A DNA stretch of 63,672 bases, the filler included, from Octopus bimaculoides (lineage: Eukaryota): the NCBI RefSeq assembly GCF_001194135.2. It is 3 parts of 3 records of this genome, joined end to end, with 100 filler letters (N's around TTAATTAATTAA, not from the genome) between each part and the next. Parts side by side here need not be neighbours in the genome. Positions count along the whole stretch, not along the records: positions 60,802 to 63,672 come from NC_068983.1; 2 more parts are not named here. One strand, 5' to 3'. A program made the translations under genes and the position numbers. Under the pieces are notes generated by a model. The model was given only the letters and a program-made list of their open reading frames with translations, was not told where the DNA came from and did not search any database. Each line of letters opens with the position of its first letter. The first letter of the stretch is position 1. This document shows, piece by piece, positions 63,478 to 63,672 of the stretch.

Positions 63478-63672
63478 TCGCGTCCGTCATCTACTACCAC
63501 CTGGCCGCCGTACCTTATCCCGACCCTACCATCACCAAACTGGAAGGCATTCTCTTCCGCTTCTTGTGAAAAGGAAACGTTCCGATGATCAGGCGATCAG
63601 TTTGCTGCCACCACCCACTAAAAAAGGGCTGGGAATGATGTGGTCGATGATGCGCAGACACGCGCTGAGACT
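63478..63672 (+). mobile_element. Tx1-like LINE ORF2 fragment running off the window
   Basis: ASVIYYHL..VPYP...KLE.ILFRFL*KG..P.IRRSVCC.HPL..GLGM. Paralogous to about 42970-43070. Confidence 0.65.

Noticed and set aside
1-63672. CRISPR arrays, rRNA or intact tRNA genes
   Set aside because: None seen. Regularly repeated units are RTE UTR subrepeats and microsatellites, and tRNA-like boxes belong to SINE heads.

Overview
AT-rich, repeat-dense animal genomic scaffold with several N gaps. The repeat families and intron style suggest a cephalopod, probably an octopus (inference). Three host genes could be reconstructed by hand from splice signals and protein similarity. (1) The first coding exon of NAA30 (NatC catalytic subunit) lies on the minus strand at 7295-8035; its remaining exons were not found and probably lie left of the window. 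(2) A complete 3-exon COA6 (88 aa) lies on the plus strand at 8446-16664, head-to-head with NAA30. (3) The 3' seven coding exons of a divergent SLC17/sialin-like MFS transporter lie on the minus strand at 18626-30108; its 5' exons were not found. From about 31 kb onward the window is mostly decayed and nested mobile elements: RTE, Tx1/L1-like, R4/Dong-like RLE LINEs, Gypsy, Penelope-like (Naiad-type) fragments with hammerhead-like motifs, a tandem Helitron pair, Helentron-like elements, piggyBac-type and foldback MITEs, and tRNA-derived SINEs. The most unusual signals are a GIY-YIG endonuclease directly 5' of an RT+RLE LINE, a Helitron carrying telomeric repeats and an unidentified coding-like segment, and a minimal hammerhead core behind a Naiad-type 3' end. 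All family assignments are motif recognition by eye, no database search was run, and repeat boundaries are approximate unless stated otherwise.
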